Positions 19,254-29,273 of a stretch of 64,000 bases of DNA are shown piece by piece. A model generated the notes under the pieces. It saw nothing but the letters and a program-made list of their open reading frames with translations. It searched no databases and had not been told where the DNA came from. Positions within the stretch are counted from its first letter, which is position 1. Each line of letters begins with the position of its first letter. The position numbers and the translations under genes are program-made. The DNA is from an uncultured Acholeplasmataceae bacterium (GTDB lineage: Bacteria > Bacillota_I > Bacilli_A > Acholeplasmatales > Acholeplasmataceae), in assembly GCA_964444805.1 (NCBI GenBank), contig CAYUIK010000038.1:1-64000 (forward strand), given 5' to 3'.

Positions 19254-21218
19254 GTGAAACGCGATCTCTTTTTCGATTTCAAGTATCTAGTCGGTCTAAA
19301 AGCCAATAAGGCGAACAGTCGCTTTGCCTATTTCGTCGGTAGAGCCGATGTCGAAAAGAACACGTATCTCTATACGCTTCATACGTATGACGGCAGCAGT
19401 AAGAAACTGTTGCAAACAAAAGAAAATCGGGATGTCGTCTTCGAGACGGAGGATACGATCCTCTTTCCTTATGCCAAGAACAAAACCGAAGAAAAGCTAA
19501 AGGATGACCAGTACGTCCAATACTATCGCTATGACATCAAGACCAAGGATCTATCCCAAGCATACCGGTTTCCGTTCATGGCTTCCATCGTCGATGTCAT
19601 CGACGAGCAAACGCTTCTTCTATCGGCGGACTTGAAGGAAAGCGACCATATTCTCTATCAAGGGGATGAAAAGACACGAAAGAACTATGTCGAGTCCATC
19701 AAGAAGACCAAGAACTACGAGACGTTCAACGGTATTCCCTTTTATCACAACGGACAGGGCTTCGCCGGTAAAAAGACGCAACTCTTCCTCTATGATGTCA
19801 ATCGCGAACGTATCACGCCGATCACTGAACCGGATTTCGATATTGAGACCTATCGCGTAAAAGATCACAAGATCTATTACGTCGGACAGGCTCAGGATGG
19901 TGTGATTACGATGACTCCGGATGTTTACTGCTACGACGTCAGACAACAGACGACCGTATTGCTCTACGGCAAGCGGGAGTATGCGATCTCGAGTCTTTAT
20001 TTCATCGGTGACCGGCTGATCGTCACCGCCACCGATATGAAGGATTACGGACTCAATCAGAATCGTCATTTCCATATCATTGAAGAGGGCGACCTCAAAT
20101 GTTTCAAGTCCTTCGGTCTCTCGATCGGAAACTCGGTCGGTACCGATGTCAGACTCGGCATGAGTCGTCTCTATGTCGAGGAGGAAGACCGGCTTCTGTT
20201 CGTTTCGACTGTGGATGATCACAGCGAGATCATGGCGCTCGATCAGACCGGAGCACTTGAGACATTGTTCGAGTTCAAGGGCAGCATCGACGGGCTCGTC
20301 AAGATGAATGGAAACTATTATGCGATCGGTCTTTACCGGCAGCACTTGCAGGAAATCTATCGTCTCGATTTCGAGCAGAACAGCGTCCGTCTCGTCACGC
20401 GTTTCAATCGTAATGTGCTTAAAGACGTATACGTCGCTAAACCGAAACCGATTACGTTTACAAGCGACGGACACAAGATCAAGGGGTTCGTGCTTTACCC
20501 CAAGGACTTCAATCCCGACAAAAAGTATCAGACCATTCTCGATATCCACGGTGGACCGAAAACCGTCTATGGTCAGGTCTATTACCACGAGATGCAGTAT
20601 TGGGCGAACCTCGGCTATATCGTGCTTTTCGCCAATCCGCGCGGCAGCGACGGCAAGGGCGACGCGTTTGCCGATATCCGTGGCAAGTACGGGACGATCG
20701 ATTACGAGGACCTCATGCGGTTCGTGGATCGGGCGATCAAGCGCGAACCTGCGATCGATGAGGAGCACCTTTTCGTTACGGGTGGTTCTTATGGCGGATT
20801 CATGACGAATTGGATCGTCGGTCATACGAATCGCTTTCGGGCTGCCGTCACGCAACGAAGCATCGCCAACTGGGTGTCGTTCCATGGGACGTCCGATATC
20901 GGATATTTCTTTTCGAAAGACCAGACGGCGGGACATCCTCTCGATGATCTTGAACGGTTATGGGAACATTCGCCGATCAAGTATGCCAGACAAGTCGAAA
21001 CACCACTTCTCTTCATTCATTCGGATGAGGATTACCGGTGTCCGATCGAACAGGCAATGCAGTTTTTCACGCTTCTAAAGGAAAAGGGTCTTGACACGAA
21101 GTTCGTCTGGTTCAAGGGTGAAAATCATGAACTTTCAAGAAGCGGAAAACCGCAGGCGCGGAGTTTGCGTCTCGAAGAAATAACGACGTGGTTTGAAACG
21201 CATAAAAAACAGAGTTGA
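19254..21218 (+). CDS. S9 family serine peptidase (prolyl oligopeptidase / acylaminoacyl-peptidase-like)
   Basis: N-terminal beta-propeller region plus a C-terminal alpha/beta hydrolase with GGSYGG nucleophile elbow and HGGP. GTG start. Confidence 0.85.
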   Translation: MKRDLFFDFKYLVGLKANKANSRFAYFVGRADVEKNTYLYTLHTYDGSSKKLLQTKENRDVVFETEDTILFPYAKNKTEEKLKDDQYVQYYRYDIKTKDLSQAYRFPFMASIVDVIDEQTLLLSADLKESDHILYQGDEKTRKNYVESIKKTKNYETFNGIPFYHNGQGFAGKKTQLFLYDVNRERITPITEPDFDIETYRVKDHKIYYVGQAQDGVITMTPDVYCYDVRQQTTVLLYGKREYAISSLYFIGDRLIVTATDMKDYGLNQNRHFHIIEEGDLKCFKSFGLSIGNSVGTDVRLGMSRLYVEEEDRLLFVSTVDDHSEIMALDQTGALETLFEFKGSIDGLVKMNGNYYAIGLYRQHLQEIYRLDFEQNSVRLVTRFNRNVLKDVYVAKPKPITFTSDGHKIKGFVLYPKDFNPDKKYQTILDIHGGPKTVYGQVYYHEMQYWANLGYIVLFANPRGSDGKGDAFADIRGKYGTIDYEDLMRFVDRAIKREPAIDEEHLFVTGGSYGGFMTNWIVGHTNRFRAAVTQRSIANWVSFHGTSDIGYFFSKDQTAGHPLDDLERLWEHSPIKYARQVETPLLFIHSDEDYRCPIEQAMQFFTLLKEKGLDTKFVWFKGENHELSRSGKPQARSLRLEEITTWFETHKKQS

Positions 21219-21241
21219 TTAAACAAGGAGGTTCATGAAAC

Positions 21242-21850
21242 ATGTGGTGGGAACAACTTTCACTCTTCCAACAGATCATGTTCGTTCTCGCGGTCGGGAC
21301 GACCGGAATTATGGTTTTGTTCATCGTCTTGATGCTTTTGGGTATCGACGGTGATGGCGGACTTGACGGAGACTTAGGTGATCTTGATCTCGACGTGATC
21401 AACGACGAGCCTTTGAGTTCACTCGGCGGTATGCGCTTTATCACCATCCGTGGTTTGCTAGCATTTTTCAGTGTTGGCGGTTGGGTTGCTTTCATTCTCG
21501 CTGACGTCGTTTCATCCGCGTTGGCTGCGCTCTTCGGTGCGCTTGCGGGTGTGATCGCCGCCTATTTGCTTCAACTTGCCTTCGAGGCCACCATGAAACT
21601 CGAGTCGAGTGGAAACATCGACTACGCGAATGCCATCGGCAAGCGCGCGGTCGTTTATATTCGGGTTCCGAAGAACGGAACAGCCAAAGGCAAAGTCGTC
21701 ATGACTTTGCAATCCCGGTACGTCGAAATCGACGCGATTACGGAAGAAGAGGAAGATCTTCTAACAAATACACAGGTCGAAGTCGTCGGTACGAGAAATC
21801 GGACAACGCTAGTCGTTAGAAAATCTACTAAAGGAGAAAAGAAAGAATGA
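21242..21850 (+). CDS. NfeD-like membrane protein (YuaF-like), partner of flotillin
   Basis: N-terminal TM helices, an acidic DG-rich linker and a C-terminal OB-fold-like region. Sits immediately upstream of flotillin with a 4-nt overlap, the arrangement seen for Bacillus yuaF-floT. Confidence 0.7.
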   Translation: MWWEQLSLFQQIMFVLAVGTTGIMVLFIVLMLLGIDGDGGLDGDLGDLDLDVINDEPLSSLGGMRFITIRGLLAFFSVGGWVAFILADVVSSALAALFGALAGVIAAYLLQLAFEATMKLESSGNIDYANAIGKRAVVYIRVPKNGTAKGKVVMTLQSRYVEIDAITEEEEDLLTNTQVEVVGTRNRTTLVVRKSTKGEKKE

Positions 21851-23277
21851 ATGTTATGTTACAGTTAAGTGATTTCATCGGTCTATTTGTTACGATCCTT
21901 GTCATCGCATTTTCGGTTATCGCATTTATCGTTACGCGGATTAAAAAATGTCCAGCCGATAAAATCTTAGTTATTTATGGGAAAGTCGGCAGTGATGTTG
22001 ATGGAACAACCTCATCGGCCAAGTGCATGCACGGGGGCGCGAAATTCATTTTCCCATTTATCCAGGCCTATCAGTTTCTCGATCTTACCCCACTCTCGAT
22101 TTCGGTCGATCTAGCCAACGCTCTTTCTCGTCAGAACATCCGAATCGACGTGCCATCGAGATTTACCGTCGGTATCTCGACCGAAGACGGCGTCATGCAA
22201 AATGCTGCGGAACGTCTGCTCGGTCTGCAACTTTCGGAAATTCAGGAACTCGCAAAAGACATTATCTTCGGCCAGCTTCGTCTCGTTATCGCGACGATGG
22301 ATATCGAAGAGATCAATACCGACCGTGATAAATTTTTGGAAGCCGTCTCGGGTAACGTCGAATCCGAACTTAAGAAGATCGGTTTGCGTCTGATCAACGT
22401 CAACGTCACCGACATCAACGATGAATCGGGTTATATCGAAGCGCTCGGTAAGGAAGCCGCAGCGAAAGCGATCAACGATGCGAAGAAGTCGGTTGCCGAA
22501 AAGAATCGTGACGGTTCAATCGGTGAAGCCAACGCCGTTCGTGACCAGAGAATCTCGGTCGCGAGCGCAAATGCCAAGGCCGTAGACGGCGAAAACGTCT
22601 CGCTCGGTGATATTTCGAAGTCGAACGCGGATCGGCGTGAAATCGAAGCCGAATCGAATCGACGGGCAACCGCTGCCGAAAAGATCGCCGCAGCGAAAGC
22701 GCTCGAAGACTCCTATGTCGCGGAACAAAACGCGGAAATCGCGCGTGCCCAAAGAGAAAAGGCGACACTCGAAGCGGACGTCATCATCCGAAGTGAGATC
22801 GAACGTAAGAAACTCGTCATCGAAGCCGAAGCGGTTGCTGAAGAAACACGCCGCAAGGCCCAAGGTGAAGCGGACGCGATCTATGCGAAACTCGAATCCG
22901 AGGCTCGCGGTAATTATGAGATTTTGTCCAAGCAGGCGCAAGGTTTCAAGGAAATTGTCGCAGCGGCGAACAACAAGTCCGATGAAGCCGTCAAACTGCT
23001 TATTGCCGATAAACTCGAAACGCTCGTTCAGATCCAGGTCGAAGCGATCAAGAACCTCAAGTTCGATAAGATCACGGTTTGGGATGGTGGCAGCAAAGAC
23101 GGCACGACTTCAACAGCCAATTTCGCTTCATCCTTGATGAAGTCGATCCCGCCGATGAACGAACTCTTTGAAATGGCCGGTATGGAATTGCCGAAGTTCC
23201 TCGGGGAAGACCTCAAAAAGACGCTTGAAAGCAAAGTCGTCGAGGAAGCCGAAGAAGAGAAACAGGAAGACAAGTAA
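21847..23277 (+). CDS. floT: Flotillin / SPFH (band 7) family protein, FloT-like
   Basis: N-terminal TM hairpin, an SPFH domain and a long EA-rich coiled-coil (flotillin repeat) region; 476 aa. Confidence 0.85.
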   Translation: MNVMLQLSDFIGLFVTILVIAFSVIAFIVTRIKKCPADKILVIYGKVGSDVDGTTSSAKCMHGGAKFIFPFIQAYQFLDLTPLSISVDLANALSRQNIRIDVPSRFTVGISTEDGVMQNAAERLLGLQLSEIQELAKDIIFGQLRLVIATMDIEEINTDRDKFLEAVSGNVESELKKIGLRLINVNVTDINDESGYIEALGKEAAAKAINDAKKSVAEKNRDGSIGEANAVRDQRISVASANAKAVDGENVSLGDISKSNADRREIEAESNRRATAAEKIAAAKALEDSYVAEQNAEIARAQREKATLEADVIIRSEIERKKLVIEAEAVAEETRRKAQGEADAIYAKLESEARGNYEILSKQAQGFKEIVAAANNKSDEAVKLLIADKLETLVQIQVEAIKNLKFDKITVWDGGSKDGTTSTANFASSLMKSIPPMNELFEMAGMELPKFLGEDLKKTLESKVVEEAEEEKQEDK

Positions 23278-23288
23278 TCTCAACGACA

Positions 23289-23316
23289 AAGCGCCCCAAT
23301 CGCTGGGGCGCTTTTC
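23289..23316 (+). terminator. Rho-independent terminator after floT
   Basis: GCGCCCCAATCGCTGGGGCGC followed by TTTTC. Confidence 0.6.
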
Positions 23317-23331
23317 ATAAGGAGTGATCAC

Positions 23332-24723
23332 GTGATTTACACATTGCAAAATCGGTGGAAGATTGAAGAAGGCAATCTCCATTATTACGGGATGCGGAAA
23401 GCACCGTATCTGCTCAAGAATACGTATCGCATCCGTAAAAAACAACGTACAATCCTCGCGACTTTGCCTAAAGAACTAAGCCGGGAAGAATTCATGGCGC
23501 TCAGGCGACTGATCGAAGAAGGCATTGTCGTTCGATCTGAAGCATTGAAAAGCACACCGACATCACTCGCTGAAGCGACGTTCTGCAAGGCGTGTGCCGC
23601 CAATGATTTCATCATTCCCGGTTTGGAGTTGGACGATCATGGTCTTTGTCCGATGTGCGCGTCAAAAGAGGACGTGCAAGGGTTCAAAAGCGTTTTGCCG
23701 GTCATGAACGACTTTCCGAAATCGACACGGTCGCGTTTCGATGTGGCACTGTTTTATACAGGCGGGAAGGATTCGAGCTTTCTGCTGCATTATCTCGCGA
23801 ACGTGTGCGATCTGAACGTTCTGGCATTGACATGGGAAATCCCTTATATGTCTGAAAGCGCCAAAAAAAGCATCGAACAGGCGAAAGAGAAGTGTCCGAA
23901 TGTCGAGTTCGTCAACCGGAAGATGCCGGATCGAACATTGAAAAAAATCTATCATCGCCTCTATGAACTCGAACGTAACACGTGTGCGTGTCCGTCTCTG
24001 GCCTATATTCTGTTCTACCCGGAACTCGTTGATCTGAAAATCCCCTATTTCGTCCTGGGAAACGAACCCGTACAGATGCTCAATCTCTACTACAATCACC
24101 TCGCACCGAAGGTCGCCTATCGGGAGAAGAGTCACCGTATGATGGAGACCGCCTATAATGTCTTAAGACTTCTGACTTTGCGGAAACCGTATAAAAAAGG
24201 ACAGCTGCAAGCCCATTTGACGATGCGTCAACTGGCCTATGGCGATCCTCTCATAAAGCGCATATCCGGATATCAAAATGATCTGGTGAAACACGTTACC
24301 GAAGCGATCAGGGAAGTACCGGAAATGCTTCTTCCACTGAAAAGAGCGATGCGACGTGCGCATACCCCAGCGTTCGTTCACGTCGATTTCAACGATATTT
24401 CGGGTGGGAACTACGACTGGCGTTCGGTCAAAGACCTGATCCGTGAAAAGGTCGGATGGGTCGAGCCTGAGGCGAAGACCAAAGGGCTTCATACGAGCTG
24501 CACGATCGAACGATGCAAGGAGTACAGTCAGTTCATGAACTTCTATGAGATGCGCAGCAAGATGATCCCGTTTTCGGCGATTGAAATATCGTTATCCGTC
24601 AGCAGAGGACACGTGAGTCGCGCGGACGCGATCAAAGAGATGCGTGAGGATATGGGTTTTTCCACGACGGAGATTCCGGAATGCCGGATCATGAAAGACT
24701 ATCTCGGACGGATCAACGGATGA
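23332..24723 (+). CDS. PP-loop ATP pyrophosphatase, WbpG/WbuX-like N-acetyl-sugar amidotransferase family, with an extra ~90-aa N-terminal domain
   Basis: Zn-ribbon-like CKACAAN...PGLELDDHGLCPMCAS immediately followed by the PP-loop FYTGGKDSSFLLHYL. GTG start after AAGGAGTG. No glycosyltransferase or sugar-nucleotide genes nearby. Confidence 0.6.
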   Translation: MIYTLQNRWKIEEGNLHYYGMRKAPYLLKNTYRIRKKQRTILATLPKELSREEFMALRRLIEEGIVVRSEALKSTPTSLAEATFCKACAANDFIIPGLELDDHGLCPMCASKEDVQGFKSVLPVMNDFPKSTRSRFDVALFYTGGKDSSFLLHYLANVCDLNVLALTWEIPYMSESAKKSIEQAKEKCPNVEFVNRKMPDRTLKKIYHRLYELERNTCACPSLAYILFYPELVDLKIPYFVLGNEPVQMLNLYYNHLAPKVAYREKSHRMMETAYNVLRLLTLRKPYKKGQLQAHLTMRQLAYGDPLIKRISGYQNDLVKHVTEAIREVPEMLLPLKRAMRRAHTPAFVHVDFNDISGGNYDWRSVKDLIREKVGWVEPEAKTKGLHTSCTIERCKEYSQFMNFYEMRSKMIPFSAIEISLSVSRGHVSRADAIKEMREDMGFSTTEIPECRIMKDYLGRING

Positions 24724-25477
24724 TCGTTTTCCGTTTCGCTTTCTTTTTGAGGTAAAGCCTTAGAAAAACAGACTTTTTCGTGGTAATCGCTTGAACCGGG
24801 CAGATCCTCGCGCAAAGGTCACAGTGCAGACAATCCTTCGTAATCGCGTAATGTTGATCGATCGCCCGCGTCGGACAGATGTTTTGACAGCGGTGACAAT
24901 CGATGCAGATCCTTTTATCGATCGAAAGTTTGTCGTTGATACGCGTCCGTGTCCGTTCGAACAGGTATGCGAAGACGTTTTTGAAACGATAGGGCGGATC
25001 GACTACGGATGAGGATGTAGGGAAGCGGTCGATCAAAGGATCATAAGACGGGTAGTCGATCTTGACCTCCTCGGTCATATAGGCGTGTCTGACCGGGGTG
25101 ATCGAATAGCCGATAAGCGCGTGCGGCTTGATGCTCTTCCAGGCCTCATGAAGAACATTTCCATAGGAGAACCCGCCGAACGTGACATTGATGATAAGGC
25201 GTTTCACGTTAAGCCTCTGCAAAAAAGGGCGCAGCGGTATGGGAATCCGTTGGGCATAAACCGGAATCGAGAGAATGACCGCTTCATACGTGGTATCCAA
25301 AGGAAAAGCCGCGCGCACGTCCGGACGCGTCAGGTCATAGAGTTTTCCGCCGAGTCTTTTCTGGAAATAGGATGCGATTTTCATCGTTTCCCCATTCGGT
25401 GAAAAGCAGAGATGATCGATCATTGTTTCTTGATGCTCCTTTTGTCCGTATCTTCGCTCATGCGAACATCGGTTCAT
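24713..25477 (-). CDS. Flavodoxin-like domain fused to a 2x[4Fe-4S] ferredoxin (EFR1-type)
   Basis: N-terminal flavodoxin-like fold (MKIASYFQKRLGG...ILSIPVYA). C-terminal CIDCHRCQNICP and CLHCDLCARICP cluster motifs. Confidence 0.7.
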   Translation of the reverse strand: MNRCSHERRYGQKEHQETMIDHLCFSPNGETMKIASYFQKRLGGKLYDLTRPDVRAAFPLDTTYEAVILSIPVYAQRIPIPLRPFLQRLNVKRLIINVTFGGFSYGNVLHEAWKSIKPHALIGYSITPVRHAYMTEEVKIDYPSYDPLIDRFPTSSSVVDPPYRFKNVFAYLFERTRTRINDKLSIDKRICIDCHRCQNICPTRAIDQHYAITKDCLHCDLCARICPVQAITTKKSVFLRLYLKKKAKRKTIIR

Positions 25478-26531
25478 TGATCATGAGACTTTTTTCGTCG
25501 AAATCGATCGACATGTCGAGTCCGTAGGGAAGAACGGTTCTCGGATAGGCATGACCGAAATTGACGTTGCAGAGCACGGGAAGGTCGTATTTGACCGCAT
25601 AAGATTTCAAAATGTCCATGTATGCCTTTTCGTGGCATTCGTTTTGAGGTTTTCCGAAGATCAGTCCTTTGATTGTTTTGAGGATTCCTCTTTTTTCAAG
25701 AGCTTGGAGATACGTATCGAACATGACGGGTGTCGGCCTTTCCTCACTCGTTTCAAGAAACAGAATGTGCGCTTTCCACTCGTCCAAGGTCGGCAGGAGA
25801 TGAAATCTGTCATAGAGTTCTTTCTGCTTCTGATCACGCGATCCCGTATAGGCGTCATAGAGGCTTTCCAGGCAGCCGCCTAATAGCGATCCCGTGACGA
25901 TTCCAGAACCGTGAAGACAAACGTGGCCCTTTTTTTCCACGTGCGTTCTTCGAGTCGTATGAAGCGCGCTTTTCGAGAAGTCGGTCCGCTCTTCGTACCA
26001 GACCGGACTCGGGAGTATGATGCGGTCCGGATCGTTTCTGAAAAAAAGTTCGAAAGCCTTTTTGGTATAGGGAAGCATCTCTTGATCCAGTTCGGCCAGA
26101 TCGCTTAGGAAGTTCGGTCCGTAGTAGCTCGTCATGCCGAGCTTGTGAAACATCAGGTGGTTATTGGTTGAATCCGAGAAACCGGTGAAAATTTTCGGTG
26201 AGGACCGGACGTTTTCGATAAAATCCGCATCGCTTAACAGATACGGCAACAACCGATAGGTATCGTCCCCACCGATCGCCGCGATAATCCCTTTGATGGA
26301 ATCGTCTGAAAAAGCCTCCTTCAGATCACATGCCCTCGCTTCGGGATGTTTGTCCAGGTAGTCGATCCCCTTCAGGGCATTTTCCATGAAAACGGGAATG
26401 AGACCGAACGACTCGAGTCTTCTGATCCCCAGTTCGAGCTGATGGCGACATGCGTCTTCTCCGAGTATGCCCGAAGACAGACTGACGATGGCGACGCGAT
26501 CGCCTGGTTTGAGTTTTTCCGGTTTAATCAT
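25458..26531 (-). CDS. S66 family peptidase (LD-carboxypeptidase / MccF-like)
   Basis: PGDRVAIVSLSSG N-terminal motif and GFSDSTN serine-nucleophile motif typical of S66. 357 aa, closer in length to MccF-like members. The 3' end overlaps the next minus-strand gene by 20 nt. Confidence 0.75.
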   Translation of the reverse strand: MIKPEKLKPGDRVAIVSLSSGILGEDACRHQLELGIRRLESFGLIPVFMENALKGIDYLDKHPEARACDLKEAFSDDSIKGIIAAIGGDDTYRLLPYLLSDADFIENVRSSPKIFTGFSDSTNNHLMFHKLGMTSYYGPNFLSDLAELDQEMLPYTKKAFELFFRNDPDRIILPSPVWYEERTDFSKSALHTTRRTHVEKKGHVCLHGSGIVTGSLLGGCLESLYDAYTGSRDQKQKELYDRFHLLPTLDEWKAHILFLETSEERPTPVMFDTYLQALEKRGILKTIKGLIFGKPQNECHEKAYMDILKSYAVKYDLPVLCNVNFGHAYPRTVLPYGLDMSIDFDEKSLMINEPMFA

Positions 26532-26745
26532 GAAAATCCTTCCTTCCAGGCATCACCAAGGGATGCGTATGTAAGTATTTTAACCGATAATACCTGAAAA
26601 ACAAATGAAAAATCAACCGAATGACCCAATCTTTTTGCGAGTATTCCGATCGGGTTCATGCGGATCGGTCCAAAAAGTGTTAAAACCTTGAGTTTCAAAG
26701 AAAACTTATATATAATGAAATTATCAAAACCAGGAGGTTTCGAAT

Positions 26746-27099
26746 ATGCGATTTTTTCGAAGAAAGAAAAAGCAGCCGGACAAACCCGCCGAACAGTTGA
26801 AGTCACAGGAAAAACATCAGGACGTGACGGAGAAACCCGACGTGAGTAAAGAAAAAACCGAAAACAACAGGGTCGTTTCGACCGCTCGATATCACGTCTC
26901 CCAGAATAAGAATGAGACGAGCGAACACTATAAGGAATGGCGGATTCGCAAGGAAGGTTCAAATAAGACGATCAAGTATTTCAAAACGCAGAAACAGGCG
27001 ATCGACTACGCCGAAGAACTCGCGCAGAACCAAGGGTCGTCAATTGTCATTCACAAGGTCGATGGATCGCTCAGGAAACAGGACTACAGCAAGAAGTAG
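26746..27099 (+). CDS. DUF2188 domain protein
   Basis: Lys-rich N-terminus, then RYHVSQNKNE...WRIRKEG...KYFKTQKQAIDYAEELAQNQGSSIVIHKVDG, typical of DUF2188. Confidence 0.55.
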   Translation: MRFFRRKKKQPDKPAEQLKSQEKHQDVTEKPDVSKEKTENNRVVSTARYHVSQNKNETSEHYKEWRIRKEGSNKTIKYFKTQKQAIDYAEELAQNQGSSIVIHKVDGSLRKQDYSKK

Positions 27100-27120
27100 G
27101 CGGATCCCTACTTCTTTTTT
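27097..27120 (+). terminator. Rho-independent terminator
   Basis: AGTAGGCGGATCCCTACT followed by TCTTTTTT. Confidence 0.65.
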
Positions 27121-27211
27121 GCATCTTGACCGGTCTTTTTTGCAGGATAGTTTGCACATGCGTGTCTTTATGAAAAACGTTTGATATCCTATTCACAGGG
27201 CAGGTGAGCAC

Positions 27212-27643
27212 ATGAAAATCAATCTCAAACGACATCCGTCTTTCGGTGAGGCCGTCGTAACGATCGCGTGCGATGAGAAAGACGATTCGATTCAAGACAT
27301 CCTGAGTTGTCTCGATACGTCAGTCATGACGGCTAAAAAGAACGATCGCAGGTTCGTCTTTAAACCGAATCAGGTCTATTACGTCGAAAGCATCGAAGAC
27401 GCCGGATATCTCTATACGAAAGATGACGTCTTCGATTGCAAGTATCGTCTCTATGAAGTCGAGAGGATGAGTCCGTTTTTCATCCGCGTGAACAAACAGA
27501 CCGTTTTAAACTATCGAAAGATCAAGGCTTTCAAGTCGACCTACAATGGGAAACTCGAGGCGACGCTATTGAATGGAGACCGCATCGAGATTTCGAGAAA
27601 CTATGTAAAAGCGCTTAAAGCCGTGCTTGAAGGAGGGAAATAA
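27212..27643 (+). CDS. LytTR-family DNA-binding domain protein
   Basis: LytTR signature (FVFKPNQVYYVESIEDAGYLYTKDDVF...FFIRVNKQTVLNYRKI). Confidence 0.75.
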   Translation: MKINLKRHPSFGEAVVTIACDEKDDSIQDILSCLDTSVMTAKKNDRRFVFKPNQVYYVESIEDAGYLYTKDDVFDCKYRLYEVERMSPFFIRVNKQTVLNYRKIKAFKSTYNGKLEATLLNGDRIEISRNYVKALKAVLEGGK

Positions 27644-28081
27644 GTGAAAAACTATCTTAAGCGATATAGCTATGCCTACGCGATAACGAGTATCTTCATC
27701 CTAGTGGTTGCGGCGATGATCACGCGTCGTTTCGACGTCGACCTGAATGCTCGAGCGCTCATAGCCCTCTTGGTTGGCAGTATGATCATTGCCGCTTTGA
27801 TCGCTTTGTCCGTCACGATCATCAAACAGACCTGGGGAAACGGCATGCTCAATATCGTCGTCGGTTATCTCGTGATTTTTCCGATTCCCTTCATCATTCG
27901 GATCATGTTCGGGCGCGTCCTTTTTCGGGGAACGCTCGCCCTGTTTCTGATTGGCCTTGTCTATGCGTTGCTTTATTCGCTCGTCGTACTCTATGCATCG
28001 CTTAAAAACAAAAAGGTCGAACAAAAACTCAACGCTTTGCTCGAGGGAAGTCAAAAGGAAGACGACTCCGAATCTCCATAG
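27644..28081 (+). CDS. Small membrane protein (DUF3021-like), LytTR partner
   Basis: Four predicted TM helices. Start abuts the LytTR stop; this pairing is common in Firmicutes. Confidence 0.55.
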   Translation: MKNYLKRYSYAYAITSIFILVVAAMITRRFDVDLNARALIALLVGSMIIAALIALSVTIIKQTWGNGMLNIVVGYLVIFPIPFIIRIMFGRVLFRGTLALFLIGLVYALLYSLVVLYASLKNKKVEQKLNALLEGSQKEDDSESP

Positions 28082-28112
28082 GGAACACGTTTTAAACGAA
28101 ACGCTCAGATTT

Positions 28113-28140
28113 TGTCATGTGGGATCGCACATGGCTTTTT
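28113..28140 (+). terminator. Rho-independent terminator
   Basis: CATGTGGGATCGCACATGGC followed by TTTTTTTA. Confidence 0.6.
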
Positions 28141-28246
28141 TTATGCTCAATAAAAACAGGGATATCGACGATTTGTTTCCTGGACCGAAGGCATATCGTC
28201 ATCCTGTGTTAAAATGGAAATAGATTATAGAAAATGAAGGAATTCG

Positions 28247-29251
28247 ATGGAAAGCCTCATTTTTGCAGCCAACGCCGTCTTACCGATCATTCTGTTGATT
28301 TTACTCGGTTATATTCTTAAGCGCATCGCATTTTTCGATCAACGGTTTTTCAACCAACTCAACGCCTATATCTTTCGGATCGGTCTGCCGGTTTTGTTGT
28401 TCTATACCATTTATGGAATCGAGGGTTTTGATAGCGTCTATGCCGACGTTCTGTTGTTCGTCGGGATCGCATTTATATCGTTTTTTTTACTCGGTTGGAT
28501 CTTCGTCGCGCTTCTCGTGAAAGAAAGAGGACAAAAAGGCGTCGTTCTTCAAGCGTTTATCCGAGGCAATTTCGCCTTGATCGGTCTACCGCTCGCACAA
28601 CTTCTCGGCGGAGCGGAAACCGTTAGAATCTATGCTGTCGTGCTCGCACTGGTCGTGCTCTTGACCAATGTGTTATCGGTTTTCAGTCTGACCTATTACA
28701 AGCATCACGACAAGGACCATGGAATTGGCGTCGTGCGTCTGATCAAGAGCACGTTGCTAAATCCGTTGATCCTTGCCGTTCTCTTTGCGTTTCTCGTTCT
28801 GTTCGCTCGCTCGCTTATACCGGTAGAAAACGGGGTCGCCGTTTTTTCGATCGAAAACGATCTGACTTTTCTTTATCACGTACTCGAACTCATCGGACAG
28901 ACGGTCTCACCGCTTGCTTTAATCGCGCTCGGTGGGCAGTTCCGTTTTTCCGCCGTTTCAAGGCTTTATCGTCCGCTTTTAAGTGGTGTGATCGGCCGAA
29001 TCATCGTCGTGCCGGGATTGGCTTTGGCAAGCGCTTATTATTTACGTGATACGCTCGTCGGCATGAACGTCGCCTTTCCGACTCTCATCGCGATATTCGG
29101 TGCACCGGTTGCAGTCTCGAGTGCGGTTTTAACCTATGAGATCGGTGGTGATGACGAGCTCGCCGGTCAGCTCGTCGTCTGGTCGACGCTGTTTTCCATG
29201 GTAACGATCTTTTTGTCGATCGTCGTCTTTCGATCTCTTGGAGTCCTTTGA
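28247..29251 (+). CDS. AEC (auxin efflux carrier / malate permease-like) family transporter
   Basis: 334 aa with about 10 TM helices; N-terminus LIFAANAVLPIILLILLGYILKR is typical of AEC. Confidence 0.75.
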   Translation: MESLIFAANAVLPIILLILLGYILKRIAFFDQRFFNQLNAYIFRIGLPVLLFYTIYGIEGFDSVYADVLLFVGIAFISFFLLGWIFVALLVKERGQKGVVLQAFIRGNFALIGLPLAQLLGGAETVRIYAVVLALVVLLTNVLSVFSLTYYKHHDKDHGIGVVRLIKSTLLNPLILAVLFAFLVLFARSLIPVENGVAVFSIENDLTFLYHVLELIGQTVSPLALIALGGQFRFSAVSRLYRPLLSGVIGRIIVVPGLALASAYYLRDTLVGMNVAFPTLIAIFGAPVAVSSAVLTYEIGGDDELAGQLVVWSTLFSMVTIFLSIVVFRSLGVL

Positions 29252-29273
29252 CGTCGTGAAAGGTGGATAAAAC

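Noticed and set aside
19620-20936. 438-aa ORF on the minus strand
   Set aside because: It lies entirely antisense to the well-supported S9 peptidase gene. It is Arg/Asp/Ile-rich with no motifs, a typical shadow ORF of a GC-moderate coding region. The same reasoning applies to the antisense ORFs at 2505..3017, 5248..5688, 15382..15852, 53459..54022, 55613..56059, 56992..57453, 57765..58409 and 58920..59870.
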